This document shows, in pieces, positions 53,457 through 64,000 of a DNA stretch of 64,000 nucleotides (the first letter of the stretch is position 1; every line of letters begins with the position of its first letter). Source of the DNA: Mobula hypostoma (Eukaryota); assembly GCF_963921235.1 (NCBI RefSeq), contig NC_086097.1, positions 193,504,001 to 193,568,000 of the forward strand, written 5' to 3'. The position numbers were made by a program, and so were the translations under genes. The notes under the pieces are model-generated. The model worked only from the letters and a program-made list of their open reading frames with translations, ran no database searches and was not told the origin of the DNA.

Positions 53457-56400
53457 CTTGGAATTCGGAACCCGACTTGGAACTCGGAACGTGGAACCAG
53501 GACCCGGACCTGGAACTTGTTATGTGGAATCTGGGACCCCGGACCTGGAACTCGGATCTTGGAATTCAGGACCCAGACTTGTAAATTGGGACGCGACTTG
53601 GAACTCAGGACCCGGACCTGGAACTTGGAACGTGGAATTTGGGTCCCTGGACACAGAACTCGGAACTTGGAAGTTGGAACTGGGAACATCAGAGCCTGGA
53701 CATGGACTCAGAGCATCAGAGGCTGGAATTGGAACTCGGAACATCAGAGCCGGTACATTTTCTAGACACGGGATATGCAAAACTGAGCTGGGCCTCTTCC
53801 TTTGGTGCAGAACACAGAGCTGGTAGTCTTCTTAGACACAGTGCATGGTCTAACAACAAATTGAACTTTTGTAACTGTTTTAATTGCGCAATTTTTTTTT
53901 CTGAAACTGATATCTGCGAACTTCGAGCCACTTTCTTGAATTCTGTGAGATGCATTCCGGGCAGGATTCCCGTAGCGGATTCTAACTAGCGAGAGTTCGG
54001 GAAACAGTGTTTGTGTCTGCTGGTTCCATATTTGGCTAGGCAATTCTGTCACAAGTGCGGAGCACGGGTGGACCCAAAAGCAGGACACAACACATTTGTA
54101 GCATTAACCAGAATACAGTTTATTAATCGTTACTAGGAAGGCAGGGAAGCAAGGATTGTTCAGAGGGAGATCAAGGAGTGAGCAAAGCAGAAGCAGGAAT
54201 AAGCATGGCTAGAATTGGACTTGGACTTGGAACCTGGAACTCGGAACTCGGGACCCGGACATGGAACTTGGAACTCGGTACCTGGACTTGGAACTTAGAA
54301 CTCGGAACCCTGACTTGTAACTTGGAATTCAGGACCTGGACATGGAACTTGGAACTCGGGATGCTGATTTGGAACCTAGAACTCGGAACAGTGACTTGGA
54401 ACTTGGAACTCTAGACCCCGACCTGGAATTGGGAACCTGGAACTCGGGACCCGGACCTGGAATTCGGAACTTGGAACTCAGGACCCGGACCTGGAACTGG
54501 GAACATGGAACTCGGGACTCGGACCTGGAATTCGGAACTTGGAACTCAGGACCCGGACCTGGAACTGGGAACATGGAACTCGGGACTGGGACTTGGAACT
54601 CGGGACTCGGACTTGGAACTCGGGACCTGGACATGGAACTCGGGAACCTGACATGCAGACCGGAACATGGAACTCCGGACCGGGACTTGGAACTCGGGAC
54701 CCGGACTTGGAACTCGGGAGCCGGACATGGAACTCGGAACATGGAACTCAGGAACTGGACTTGGAAATCGGGGTCCGTACATGGAGCTCGGAACATGGAA
54801 CTCGGGACCTGGATCTGGAACTCGGAACGTGGAATTCGTGACACAGTCTCGGAACTCGGAACTTGGAACTTGGAACTTGGAATTTGGAACCCGACTTGGA
54901 ACTCGCAACTTGGAACTCCGGACCCGGACCTGGAACTTGGAACGTGGAATTCGGGACCCCGGACACAGAACTCGGAACTTGGAAATCGGTACCCGGACTT
55001 GGAAATTGGAACTGGGAACATCAGTGCCTGGACATCGAACTCAGAACAACAGAGGCTGGACTTGGAACTCGAAATATCAGAGCCTCTACTTTTCTAGACA
55101 CAGGAAATGGATAACTGAGCTGGGCCTCCTCATTTTGTAACGAATATTGAGCCTGGACTCTTCTTAAACACAGTACATGAGCTAACAACAAATTGACCTT
55201 CTGTAACTGCTGTAATTGCGCAATTTTTTTCCTTTGAAACTGATACCTTCGAACTTCGAGCCACTTTCTTGAATTCTGTGAGATGCATTTGGGGCAGGAT
55301 TCCAGTAGCGGATTCTGACTAGCGAGAGTTCGGGAAACAATGTTTGTGTCTGCTGGTTCTATGTTTGTCTGGATCGTTCTTTCACAAGTGTGCAGCACAG
55401 GTGGACCCAAAAGCAGGACACAAACATGTTTTGTAGCGTTAGCAATAATAGAGTTTATTAATTGTTTCTAGGAGAGCAGTGAAGCCAGGATTGTTCAGAG
55501 GGAGATCAAGGAGTGAGCAAAGCAGAAGCAGGAATAAGTATGGCTAAACTCAGACTTAGACTTGGAACCTGGAACTCGGAACTCGGGACCCGGACCTGGA
55601 AATTGGAAAATCAGTACCTGGACTTGTAACTGAGAACTTCAGAGCCTGGATTTAGAACTCTGAGAATCAGAGCCTGGACATGGAACTCGGGTCCCAGACC
55701 TGGAACTCAGACCTTGGAACTCTGGGCCAGGACTTGGAACACGGTCACTGGAACTCGGGACTCAGACTTCGTACTTGGATCTTGGAATTCTGGACCCGTA
55801 CTTGGAACTCAAGACACCGACTTGGAACTCAGGACACCGACCTGGAATTGGGAACCTGGAACTCGGGACCCGGACCTGGAATTCGGAACTTGGAACTCAG
55901 GACCCGGACCTGGAACTGGGAACATGGAACTCGGGACCGGGACTTGGAACTCCGGACCCGGACATAGAACTCGGGAACCGGACATGCAGACTGGAACATG
56001 GAACTCGGGACCCGGACTTGGAACCCGGGAGCCGGACATGGAACTCGGAACATGGAACTCAGGAACTGGACTTGGAAATCGGGGTCCGGACATGGAGCTC
56101 GGAACGTGGAACTCGGGACCTGGACCTGCAACTCGGTACATGGAACTCGGGACCCAGACATGGAACTCGGAACATGAAACTCGTGACACAGTCTCGGAAC
56201 TCGGAACTTGGAACTTGGAACTTGGAATTCGGAACCCAACTTGGAACTGGCAACTTGGAACTCAGGACCCGGACCTGGAACTTGGAAGGTGGAACTCGGG
56301 ACCCCGGACACAGAACTCGGAACTTGGAAATCGGTACCCGGACTTGGAAATTGGAACTGGGAGCATCAGTGCCTGGACATGGAACTCAGAACAACAGAGG

Positions 56401-57927
56401 CTGGACTTGGAACTCGGAATATCAGAGCCTCTACTTTTCTAGACACAGGAAATGGAAAACTGAGCTGGGCCTCCTCATTTTGTACAGAACATAGAGCCTG
56501 GACTCTTCTTAGACACAGTACATGGGCTAACAACAAATTGACCTTTTGTAACTGTTGTAATTGCGCAATTTTTTTCCCTGTGAAAGTGATATCTTCGAAC
56601 TTCGAGCCACTTTCTTGAATTCTGTGAGATGCATTCGGGGCAGGATTCCAGTAGCAGATTTTGACAGCGAGAGTTCAGGAAACAATGTTTGTGTCTGCTG
56701 GTTCTATGTTTGTCTAGATCGTTCTGTCAATTGGGGAGCACAGGTGGAACCAAAAGCAAGACACAAACACGTTTTGTAGCGTTAGCAATAATATAGTTTA
56801 TTAATCGTTACTAGTAGAGCGGTGAAGCCAGGATTGTTCAGAGGGAGATCAAGCAGTGAGCAAAGCAGAAGCAGGAATAAGTATGGCTAGAGTCAGACTT
56901 GGAATTGGAACCTGGAACTCGGAACTCGGGACCCGGACATGGAACTTGCAATTCGGGGCCTGGAGTTGGAACCTGGAACTTGGGACCCTGACTTGTAACT
57001 TGGAATTCAGGAACTGGACATGGAACTGGGAACATGGAACTCGGGACCGGGACTTGGAACTCGGGACTCGGACATGGAACTCGGCACCCGGACCTGGAAT
57101 TCGGAACTTGGAACTCAGGACCCGGACCTGGAACTGGGAACATGGAACTCGGGACCGGGACTTGGAACTCGGGACCCGGACTTGGAACTCGGGAGCCGGG
57201 CATGGAAAGCGGAACATGGAACTCAGGAACTCGACTTGGAAATTGGGGTCCGGACATGGAGCTCGGAACGTGGAACTCGGGACCTGGACCTGCAACTTGG
57301 GACATGGAACTCGGAACATGAAACTCGTGACACAGTCTTGGAACTCGGAACTTGGAACTTGGAACTTGGAATTCAGAACCCGACTTGGAACTTGCAACTT
57401 GGAACTCAGGACCCGGACCTGGATTTTGGAACGTGGGACTCGGGACCCTGGACACAGAACTCGGAATTTGGAAATCGGTACCCGGACTTGGAAATTGGAA
57501 CTCGAGATCTGGAATTGGACTTGGAACTCGGAACTCAGGACCCGGACTTGGACTCAGAACTTGGAACTGGAAAGTTGGAATTCAGGACCCGACTTGGAAC
57601 TCGGAACGTGGAACTCAGGACCCGGACCTGGAACTTGGTATGTGGAACCTGGGACCCCGGACACGGAACTCGGAACTTGGAAGTCGGTACTGGAACTTGG
57701 AAATTGGAACTGGGAACATCAGAGCCTGGACATGGAACTCGTAACATCAGAGCCTGTACTCTTATAGACACAGGATACGCAAAACTGAGCTCGGCCTCCT
57801 TCTCTGGTGCAGAACATAGAGCCGGTACTCTTTTTAGACACGGTATGTGGGCTAACAACAAATTGAACTTCTGTCACTGTTGTAATGGCGCAATATATTT
57901 TTTCTGAAACTGATATCTTCGAACATG

Positions 57928-58044
57928 ACTCTTCCTTCAGTTAGTCCTGACGAAGGGTCTCGGCCTGAAACGTCGACTGCGCCTCTTCCTATAGATGCTG
58001 CCTGGCCTGCTGTGTTCACCAGCAACTTTGATGTGTGTTGCTTG
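57928..58044 (+). mobile_element. 117-bp Penelope-like element terminal (pLTR) fragment with 12-bp TSD
   Basis: The insert is absent from the other cores and flanked by TCTTCGAACATG (57916-57927 and 58045-58056). It contains CTGACGAAGGGTCTCGGCCTGAAACGTC...GATGCTGCCTGGCCTGCTG, recognised as the pLTR-type sequence of Penelope-like elements. Confidence 0.8.
57942..57979 (+). ncRNA. Minimal type I hammerhead ribozyme motif
   Basis: Stem I TAGTC/GACTG, core CTGACGA (57947-57953), stem II AGG/CCT, GAAA (57967-57970), palindromic ACGT stem III, GTC cleavage triplet ending at 57974. Confidence 0.8.
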
Positions 58045-61000
58045 TCTTCGAACATGGAGCCACTTTCTTGAATTCTGTGAGATGCATTCTGGGCAGGATT
58101 CCCGTAGCGGATTCTAACTAGCGAGAGTTCGGGAAACAGTGTTTGTGTCTGCTGGTTCCATATTTGGCTAGGCAATTCTGTCACAAGTGCGGAGCACGGG
58201 TGGACCCAAAAGCAGGACACAACACATTTGTAGCATTAACCAGAATACAGTTTATTAATCGTTACTAGGAAGGCAGGGAAGCAAGGATTGTTCAGAGGGA
58301 GATCAAGGAGTGAGCAAAGCAGAAGCAGGAATAAGCATGGCTAGAATTGGACTTGGACTTGGAACCTGGAACTCGGAACTCGGGACCCGGACATGGATCT
58401 TGGAACTCGGTACCTGGACTTGGAACTTAGAACTCGGAACCCTGACTTGTAACTTGGAATTCAGGACCTGGACATGGAACTTGGAACTCGGGATGCTGAT
58501 TTGGAACCTAGAACTCGGAACAGTGACTTGGAACTTGGAACTCTAGACCCCGACCTGGAATTGGGAACCTGGAACTCGGGACCCGGACCTGGAATTCGGA
58601 ACTTGGAACTCAGGACCCGGACCTGGAACTGGGAACATGGAACTCGGGACTCGGACCTGGAATTCGGAACTTGGAACTCAGGACCCGGACCTGGAACTGG
58701 GAACATGGAACTCGGGACTGGGACTTGGAACTCGGGACTCGGACTTGGAACTCGGGACCTGGACATGGAACTCGGGAACCTGACATGCAGACCGGAACAT
58801 GGAACTCCGGACCGGGACTTGGAACTCGGGACCCGGACTTGGAACTCGGGAGCCGGACATGGAACTCGGAACATGGAACTCAGGAACTGGACTTGGAAAT
58901 CGGGGTCCGTACATGGAGCTCGGAACATGGAACTCGGGACCTGGATCTGGAACTCGGAACGTGGAATTCGTGACACAGTCTCGGAACTCGGAACTTGGAA
59001 CTTGGAACTTGGAATTTGGAACCCGACTTGGAACTCGCAACTTGGAACTCCGGACCCGGACCTGGAACTTGGAACGTGGAATTCGGGACCCCGGACACAG
59101 AACTCGGAACTTGGAAATCGGTACCCGGACTTGGAAATTGGAACTGGGAACATCAGTGCCTGGACATCGAACTCAGAACAACAGAGGCTGGACTTGGAAC
59201 TCGAAATATCAGAGCCTCTACTTTTCTAGACACAGGAAATGGATAACTGAGCTGGGCCTCCTCATTTTGTAACGAATATTGAGCCTGGACTCTTCTTAAA
59301 CACAGTACATGAGCTAACAACAAATTGACCTTCTGTAACTGCTGTAATTGCGCAATTTTTTTCCTTTGAAACTGATACCTTCGAACTTCGAGCCACTTTC
59401 TTGAATTCTGTGAGATGCATTTGGGGCAGGATTCCAGTAGCGGATTCTGACTAGCGAGAGTTCGGGAAACAATGTTTGTGTCTGCTGGTTCTATGTTTGT
59501 CTGGATCGTTCTTTCACAAGTGTGCAGCACAGGTGGACCCAAAAGCAGGACACAAACATGTTTTGTAGCGTTAGCAATAATAGAGTTTATTAATTGTTTC
59601 TAGGAGAGCAGTGAAGCCAGGATTGTTCAGAGGGAGATCAAGGAGTGAGCAAAGCAGAAGCAGGAATAAGTATGGCTAAACTCAGACTTAGACTTGGAAC
59701 CTGGAACTCGGAACTCGGGACCCGGACCTGGAAATTGGAAAATCAGTACCTGGACTTGTAACTGAGAACTTCAGAGCCTGGATTTAGAACTCTGAGAATC
59801 AGAGCCTGGACATGGAACTCGGGTCCCAGACCTGGAACTCAGACCTTGGAACTCTGGGCCAGGACTTGGAACACGGTCACTGGAACTCGGGACTCAGACT
59901 TCGTACTTGGATCTTGGAATTCTGGACCCGTACTTGGAACTCAAGACACCGACTTGGAACTCAGGACACCGACCTGGAATTGGGAACCTGGAACTCGGGA
60001 CCCGGACCTGGAATTCGGAACTTGGAACTCAGGACCCGGACCTGGAACTGGGAACATGGAACTCGGGACCGGGACTTGGAACTCCGGACCCGGACATAGA
60101 ACTCGGGAACCGGACATGCAGACTGGAACATGGAACTCGGGACCCGGACTTGGAACCCGGGAGCCGGACATGGAACTCGGAACATGGAACTCAGGAACTG
60201 GACTTGGAAATCGGGGTCCGGACATGGAGCTCGGAACGTGGAACTCGGGACCTGGACCTGCAACTCGGTACATGGAACTCGGGACCCAGACATGGAACTC
60301 GGAACATGAAACTCGTGACACAGTCTCAGAACTCGGAACTTGGAACTTGGAACTTGGAATTCGGAACCCAACTTGGAACTGGCAACTTGGAACTCAGGAC
60401 CCGGACCTGGAACTTGGAAGGTGGAACTCGGGACCCCGGACACAGAACTCGGAACTTGGAAATCGGTACCCGGACTTGGAAATTGGAACTGGGAGCATCA
60501 GTGCCTGGACGTGGAACTCAGAACAACAGAGGCTGGACTTGGAACTCGGAATATCAGAGCCTCTACTTTTCTAGACACAGGAAATGGAAAACTGAGCTGG
60601 GCCTCCTCATTTTGTACAGAACATAGAGCCTGGACTCTTCTTAGACACAGTACATGGGCTAACAACAAATTGACCTTTTGTAACTGTTGTAATTGCGCAA
60701 TTTTTTTCCCTGTGAAAGTGATATCTTCGAACTTCGAGCCACTTTCTTGAATTCTGTGAGATGCATTCGGGGCAGGATTCCAGTAGCAGATTTTGACAGC
60801 GAGAGTTCAGGAAACAATGTTTGTGTCTGCTGGTTCTATGTTTGTCTAGATCGTTCTGTCAATTGGGGAGCACAGGTGGAACCAAAAGCAAGACACAAAC
60901 ACGTTTTGTAGCGTTAGCAATAATATAGTTTATTAATCGTTACTAGTAGAGCGGTGAAGCCAGGATTGTTCAGAGGGAGATCAAGCAGTGAGCAAAGCAG

Positions 61001-62059
61001 AAGCAGGAATAAGTATGGCTAGAGTCAGACTTGGAATTGGAACCTGGAACTCGGAACTCGGGACCCGGACATGGAACTTGCAATTCGGGGCCTGGAGTTG
61101 GAACCTGGAACTTGGGACCCTGACTTGTAACTTGGAATTCAGGAACTGGACATGGAACTGGGAACATGGAACTCGGGACCGGGACTTGGAACTCGGGACT
61201 CGGACATGGAACTCGGCACCCGGACCTGGAATTCGGAACTTGGAACTCAGGACCCGGACCTGGAACTGGGAACATGGAACTCGGGACCGGGACTTGGAAC
61301 TCGGGACCCGGACTTGGAACTCGGGAGCCGGGCATGGAAAGCGGAACATGGAACTCAGGAACTCGACTTGGAAATTGGGGTCCGGACATGGAGCTCGGAA
61401 CGTGGAACTCGGGACCTGGACCTGCAACTTGGGACATGGAACTCGGAACATGAAACTCGTGACACAGTCTTGGAACTCGGAACTTGGAACTTGGAACTTG
61501 GAATTCAGAACCCGACTTGGAACTTGCAACTTGGAACTCAGGACCCGGACCTGGATTTTGGAACGTGGGACTCGGGACCCTGGACACAGAACTCGGAATT
61601 TGGAAATCGGTACCCGGACTTGGAAATTGGAACTCGAGATCTGGAATTGGACTTGGAACTCGGAACTCAGGACCCGGACTTGGACTCAGAACTTGGAACT
61701 GGAAAGTTGGAATTCAGGACCCGACTTGGAACTCGGAACGTGGAACTCAGGACCCGGACCTGGAACTTGGTATGTGGAACCTGGGACCCCGGACACGGAA
61801 CTCGGAACTTGGAAGTCGGTACTGGAACTTGGAAATTGGAACTGGGAACATCAGAGCCTGGACATGGAACTCGTAACATCAGAGCCTGTACTCTTATAGA
61901 CACAGGATACGCAAAACTGAGCTCGGCCTCCTTCTCTGGTGCAGAACATAGAGCCGGTACTCTTTTTAGACACGGTATGTGGGCTAACAACAAATTGAAC
62001 TTCTGTCACTGTTGTAATGGCGCAATATATTTTTTCTGAAACTGATATCTTCGAACATG

Positions 62060-62176
62060 ACTCTTCCTTCAGTTAGTCCTGACGAAGGGTCTCGGCCTGA
62101 AACGTCGACTGCGCCTCTTCCTATAGATGCTGCCTGGCCTGCTGTGTTCACCAGCAACTTTGATGTGTGTTGCTTG
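62060..62176 (+). mobile_element. Second copy of the 117-bp Penelope-like fragment (within the 4132-bp duplication)
   Basis: Identical sequence and TSD at offset +4132. Confidence 0.8.
62074..62111 (+). ncRNA. Minimal type I hammerhead ribozyme motif, second copy
   Basis: Same TAGTC-CTGACGA-AGG..CCT-GAAACGTC-GACTG motif as at 57942-57979. Confidence 0.8.
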
Positions 62177-63928
62177 TCTTCGAACATGGAGCCACTTTCT
62201 TGAATTCTGTGAGATGCATTCTGGGCAGGATTCCCGTAGCGGATTCTGACTAGCGAGAGTTCGGGAAACTGTGTTTGTGTCTGCTGGCTCCATGTTTAAC
62301 TAGATCGTTCTGTCACAAGTGCGGAGCACTTGTGGACCCAAAAGCAGGACACAACACATTTTGTAGCATTAACCAGAATAGAGTTTATTAATTAGTACTA
62401 GGAAAGCAGGGAAGCAAGGATTGTTCAGAGGGCGATCAAGGAGTGAGAAAAGCAGAAGCAGGAATAAGCATGGCTGGACTTGGAACCTGGAATTCGGAAC
62501 TCAGGACCCGGACTTGGAACTCAGAACTTGGAACTTGGGACCCAAACTTGGACTTCGAACTTGGAACTCGGAACTTGGAACCTGGGATCCGAACTTGGGC
62601 TCGAACTTGGATCTTGGGACCCGGACTTGGAACTCGGAACTTGGAACTTGCGACTCAGACATGGAACTCAGAACATGGAACTCGGAACCTGGATTCAGAA
62701 CTTGAAACTTAGGACCCGGATTGGAACACGGGACCCGGACATGGAACTCGGAACATGGAACTCGAGACCAGGACTTGGTACTCGGGACCCGGATATGGAA
62801 CTCGGAACATGAAACTCGGGAACCGGGCATGCAGCTCAGAACATGGAACTCGGGAGCGGGACCTGGAACTCAGGGCGCAGATTGGATCTCTGGATCCAGA
62901 CTTGGAACTCAGAATGTGGAACTCGGGACCTGGACCTGGAACTCGGTACATGGAACTCGGGACCCAGACATGGAACTCGGGACACAGTCTCGGAACTCAG
63001 GACCCGGACTTGGAACTTGGAACTCGGGACCTGGACTTGCAACTTGGAACTTGGGACACGGATTTGGAACATGGAACTCGGGACCCAGAGTTGAAACTTG
63101 GAACTCGAGATCCGGAATTGGTCTTGGAATTCGGAACTCGGGACCCGGACCTGGAACTCGGGATCCGGACTTGGACTCGGAACATGGAACTGGAAAGTTG
63201 GAATTCGGGGCCCGGACTTGGAACTCGGGACCCGGACTTGGACTCGGAACTTGGAACTTGGAACTTGGAATTCGGAACCTGGTTTGGAACTCGCAACTTG
63301 GAACTCAGGACCCGGACCTGGAACTTGGAACGTGGAACTCGGGACCCCGGACACGGAACTCCGAACTTGGAAGTCAGTACCCGGACTTGGAAATTGGAAC
63401 TGGGGACATCAGAGCCTGGACATGGAACTCAGAACAACAGAGGCTGGACTTGGAACTCGGAATATCAGAGCCTCTACTTTTCTTAGACACAGGAAATGGA
63501 GAACTGAGCTGGGCCTCCTCCTTTGGTACAGAACATAGAGACTGGAATCTTCTTAGACACTACATGGGCTAACAACAAATTGACCTTTTGTAACAGTTGT
63601 AATTGCGCAATTTTTTTCCCTGTGAAAGTGATACCTTCGACCTTCGAGCCACTTTCTTGAATTCTGTGAGATGCATTCGGGGCAGGATTCCAGTAGCGGA
63701 TTTTGACTAGCGAGAGTTCGGGAAACTGTGTTTGTGTCTGCTGGCTCCATGTTTGACTAGATTGTTCTGTCACAAGTGCGGAGCACGGGTGGACCCAAAA
63801 GCAGGACACAACACATTTTGTAGCATTAACCAGAATAGAGTTTATTAATCAGTACTAGGAAAGCAGGGAAGCAAGGATTGTTCAGAGGGCGATCAAGGAG
63901 TGAGAAAAGCAGAAGCAGGAATAAGCGT

Positions 63929-64000
63929 AAACAACAGGAATTCTGCAGATGCTGGAAATTCAAGCAACACACATCAAACAGTCCTTCCAGGTGAGGCAAC
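63929..64000. mobile_element. Start of a Penelope-like insertion: inverted terminal fragment joined to forward ORF sequence (cut by window end)
   Basis: 63961-63978 CAAGCAACACACATCAAA is the exact reverse complement of the 3' end of the 117-bp insert. It is followed by AAACAGTCCTTCCAGGTGAGGCAAC (KQSFQVRQ), resembling the segment just upstream of the GIY-YIG domain in Penelope ORFs (recalled, short match). Confidence 0.65.

Larger units (their letters stand above)
53959..62247 (+). repeat. Three-monomer tandem duplication, period 4132 bp, near-identical
   Basis: All ORF-track entries repeat at +4132 (54178/58310, 55021/59153, 56856/60988). Only about three substitutions were noticed. Both copies carry the same 117-bp insertion. 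Confidence 0.95.
1..63928 (+). repeat. Compound macrosatellite: ~42 head-to-tail monomers of conserved ~470-bp core plus variable 6/7-bp minisatellite spacer
   Basis: The core (anchors GAGCCTGTACTTTT...GAATTCTGTGAGATGCATT...GTTTATTAAT...GCAGGAATAAG) recurs in one orientation. Approximate starts: <1, 1553, 2721, 4206, 5353, 6349, 7345, 8399, 9485, 11065, 12419, 13498, 14828, 15941, 17253, 18366, 19707, 20774, 21682, 22990, 24486, 25937, 27430, 29221 (split by LINE), 32780, 33375, 37154, 38030, 40713, 42488, 44387, 46209, 47481 (split by LINE), 52088, 53747, 55080, 56425, 57750, 59212, 60557, 61882, 63468. Intervening DNA is GGAACTY/GGGACCY/GGACWT-type repeat. Counted by eye. Confidence 0.97.

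Noticed and set aside
142..63809. Hundreds of ORFs rich in WNSELGTRT / VPSSKFQV, up to 478 aa
   Set aside because: They are translations of the stop-poor 6/7-bp repeat in all six frames, with no frame preservation between paralogous spacers and mostly non-ATG starts.
1..63928. CRISPR-like repeat/spacer array
   Set aside because: Repeats are ~470 bp, spacers are mutually related minisatellite rather than foreign DNA, there are no cas genes, and the context is vertebrate LINEs.

Overview
This is non-genic eukaryotic repeat DNA, most likely from a shark or ray (inferred from the CR1 LINE 3' tails and the Penelope-like fragments). About 90% of the window is one head-to-tail compound macrosatellite. 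It has 42 copies (counted by eye) of a conserved ~470-bp non-repetitive core. These alternate with variable-length (~0.3-3.3 kb) spacers built from degenerate 6/7-bp words (GGAACTC/GGAACTT/GGGACCC/GGACTT/GGACAT; common 20-bp unit of 7+7+6). Nearly all ORFs in the supplied track are artefacts of that minisatellite. The array shows local higher-order duplications (996, ~2425, ~1490, 1337 and 4132 bp) and a change of core subfamily near 32 kb. Insertions into the array are: a 5'-truncated CR1 LINE (29360-31418, -), a near full-length CR1 LINE with intact esterase ORF1 and broken ORF2 (47778-51423, +), a 615-bp solo LTR with a 4-bp TSD (52842-53456), a 117-bp Penelope-type fragment carrying a minimal hammerhead ribozyme (57928-58044, duplicated at 62060-62176), and the start of another Penelope-like insertion at the right edge. 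The most intriguing unexplained signals lie in the core: a minus-strand splice acceptor + stop + AATAAA cassette, plus-strand exon-like boundaries, an ~88-nt inverted repeat and a C/EBP palindrome. No host protein-coding gene, rRNA or tRNA was recognised. All functional ideas about the core are hypotheses.
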